The translations under genes were made by a program, and so were the position numbers. The notes beneath the pieces were generated by a model. It saw only the letters and a list, made by a program, of their open reading frames with translations. It had not been told where the DNA came from and did not search any database. From a virus: DNA of 50,196 nt. Each line of letters starts with the position of its first letter. The first letter of the stretch is position 1. Of this stretch, positions 49,931 to 50,196 are shown piece after piece. The DNA lies in IMG/VR virus record IMGVR_UViG_3300006149_000020. One strand, 5' to 3'.

Positions 49931-50196
49931 GACCGATCGATGCAGATGGACTTGAGATCGACATGGCGGAAGAAGTGTTCGACGGAGATGGGGGCTATAA
50001 GATCTTCGGGTACAGCAAACGGCAGATCGACGCCGCGCCCACCATCGCCCCGCAGCCTAACGACCCGCTCACCCTGGAGGAGCTGAGGGGGATGGACGGG
50101 GAGCCGGTGTGGATCGTTCCGATGCGCGGAAGCGGCGGTTTCTGCACTTGGATGCTGGTTGATGCAGAATACGAGCTATGTCGAGAGGCCCATGGC
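49927..50196 (+). CDS. Hypothetical protein, N-terminal part (continues across the circular junction to nt 149)
   Basis: ATGA-coupled. MRPIDADGLEIDMAEEVFDGDGGYKIFGYSKRQIDAAPTIAPQPNDPLTLEELRGMDGEPVWIVPM... Confidence 0.5.
   Translation, partial: MRPIDADGLEIDMAEEVFDGDGGYKIFGYSKRQIDAAPTIAPQPNDPLTLEELRGMDGEPVWIVPMRGSGGFCTWMLVDAEYELCREAHG
50120..50196. repeat. Terminal overlap copy 2 (identical to 1..77)
   Basis: Exact 77-nt match to the window start. An ORF reads through the junction. Confidence 0.95.

Larger units (their letters stand above)
1..50196. mobile_element. Complete temperate tailed-phage genome (siphovirus-type), closed-circle assembly
   Basis: The + strand carries the full order packaging, head, tail, lysis, accessory, replication. 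The serine integrase and CI-like repressor are on the - strand. The terminal 77 nt are duplicated. Confidence 0.85.

Noticed and set aside
1-50196. tRNA, rRNA, tmRNA or retron/RT-type elements
   Set aside because: No cloverleaf-compatible sequence with a T-loop consensus and no RT-like ORF was seen when reading the non-coding gaps. This was a by-eye scan only, so a tRNAscan/Rfam run would be needed to be definitive.

Overview
The window is a complete temperate tailed-phage genome of siphovirus type. The first 77 nt are identical to the last 77 nt, so it is a closed-circle assembly with a unique length of about 50,119 bp. AGGAGG-type ribosome-binding sites and the gene families present (XkdX/XhlA-like lysis genes, Amidase_2 endolysin, large serine recombinase) suggest a high-GC Firmicutes/Clostridia host; this is inference. 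Gene order on the + strand: small regulators and an antirepressor (0.1-1.9 kb); TerS, a GNAT-like protein and TerL (1.9-4.0 kb); two Bro-N cassettes; portal; a split minor-capsid gene; scaffold, capsid and connectors; a lower-GC tail module with the tape measure (12.4-18.7 kb); tail fibres, including two collagen-like genes; and the lysis cassette (24.1-25.6 kb). Next comes an accessory region (26.2-34.0 kb), followed by the serine integrase and CI-like repressor on the - strand and a Cro-like switch (34.0-36.7 kb). The early and replication module fills 37-50 kb. No tRNA, rRNA or CRISPR array was found. The best candidates for something new are: (1) an AT-rich island encoding a membrane-anchored HNH nuclease with a divergent RHH regulator; (2) a seven-gene operon of Gly/Trp-, Cys-, Gln/Pro- and Arg/Ser/Asp-rich proteins with a papain-like first gene, sitting in the lysogenic-conversion slot; (3) a C5 DNA methyltransferase whose motifs I-II lie at the C-terminus, an apparent circular permutation; (4) a minor-capsid gene split by a two-gene low-GC insert; (5) a 20 x 18-bp in-frame tandem repeat encoding a GxGIxA hexapeptide solenoid; (6) a Dcd/Dut-fold gene lacking the canonical catalytic residues; (7) an iteron and palindrome cluster, likely an origin, after the primase-helicase gene. 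All family calls come from reading motifs by eye. No database search was run.
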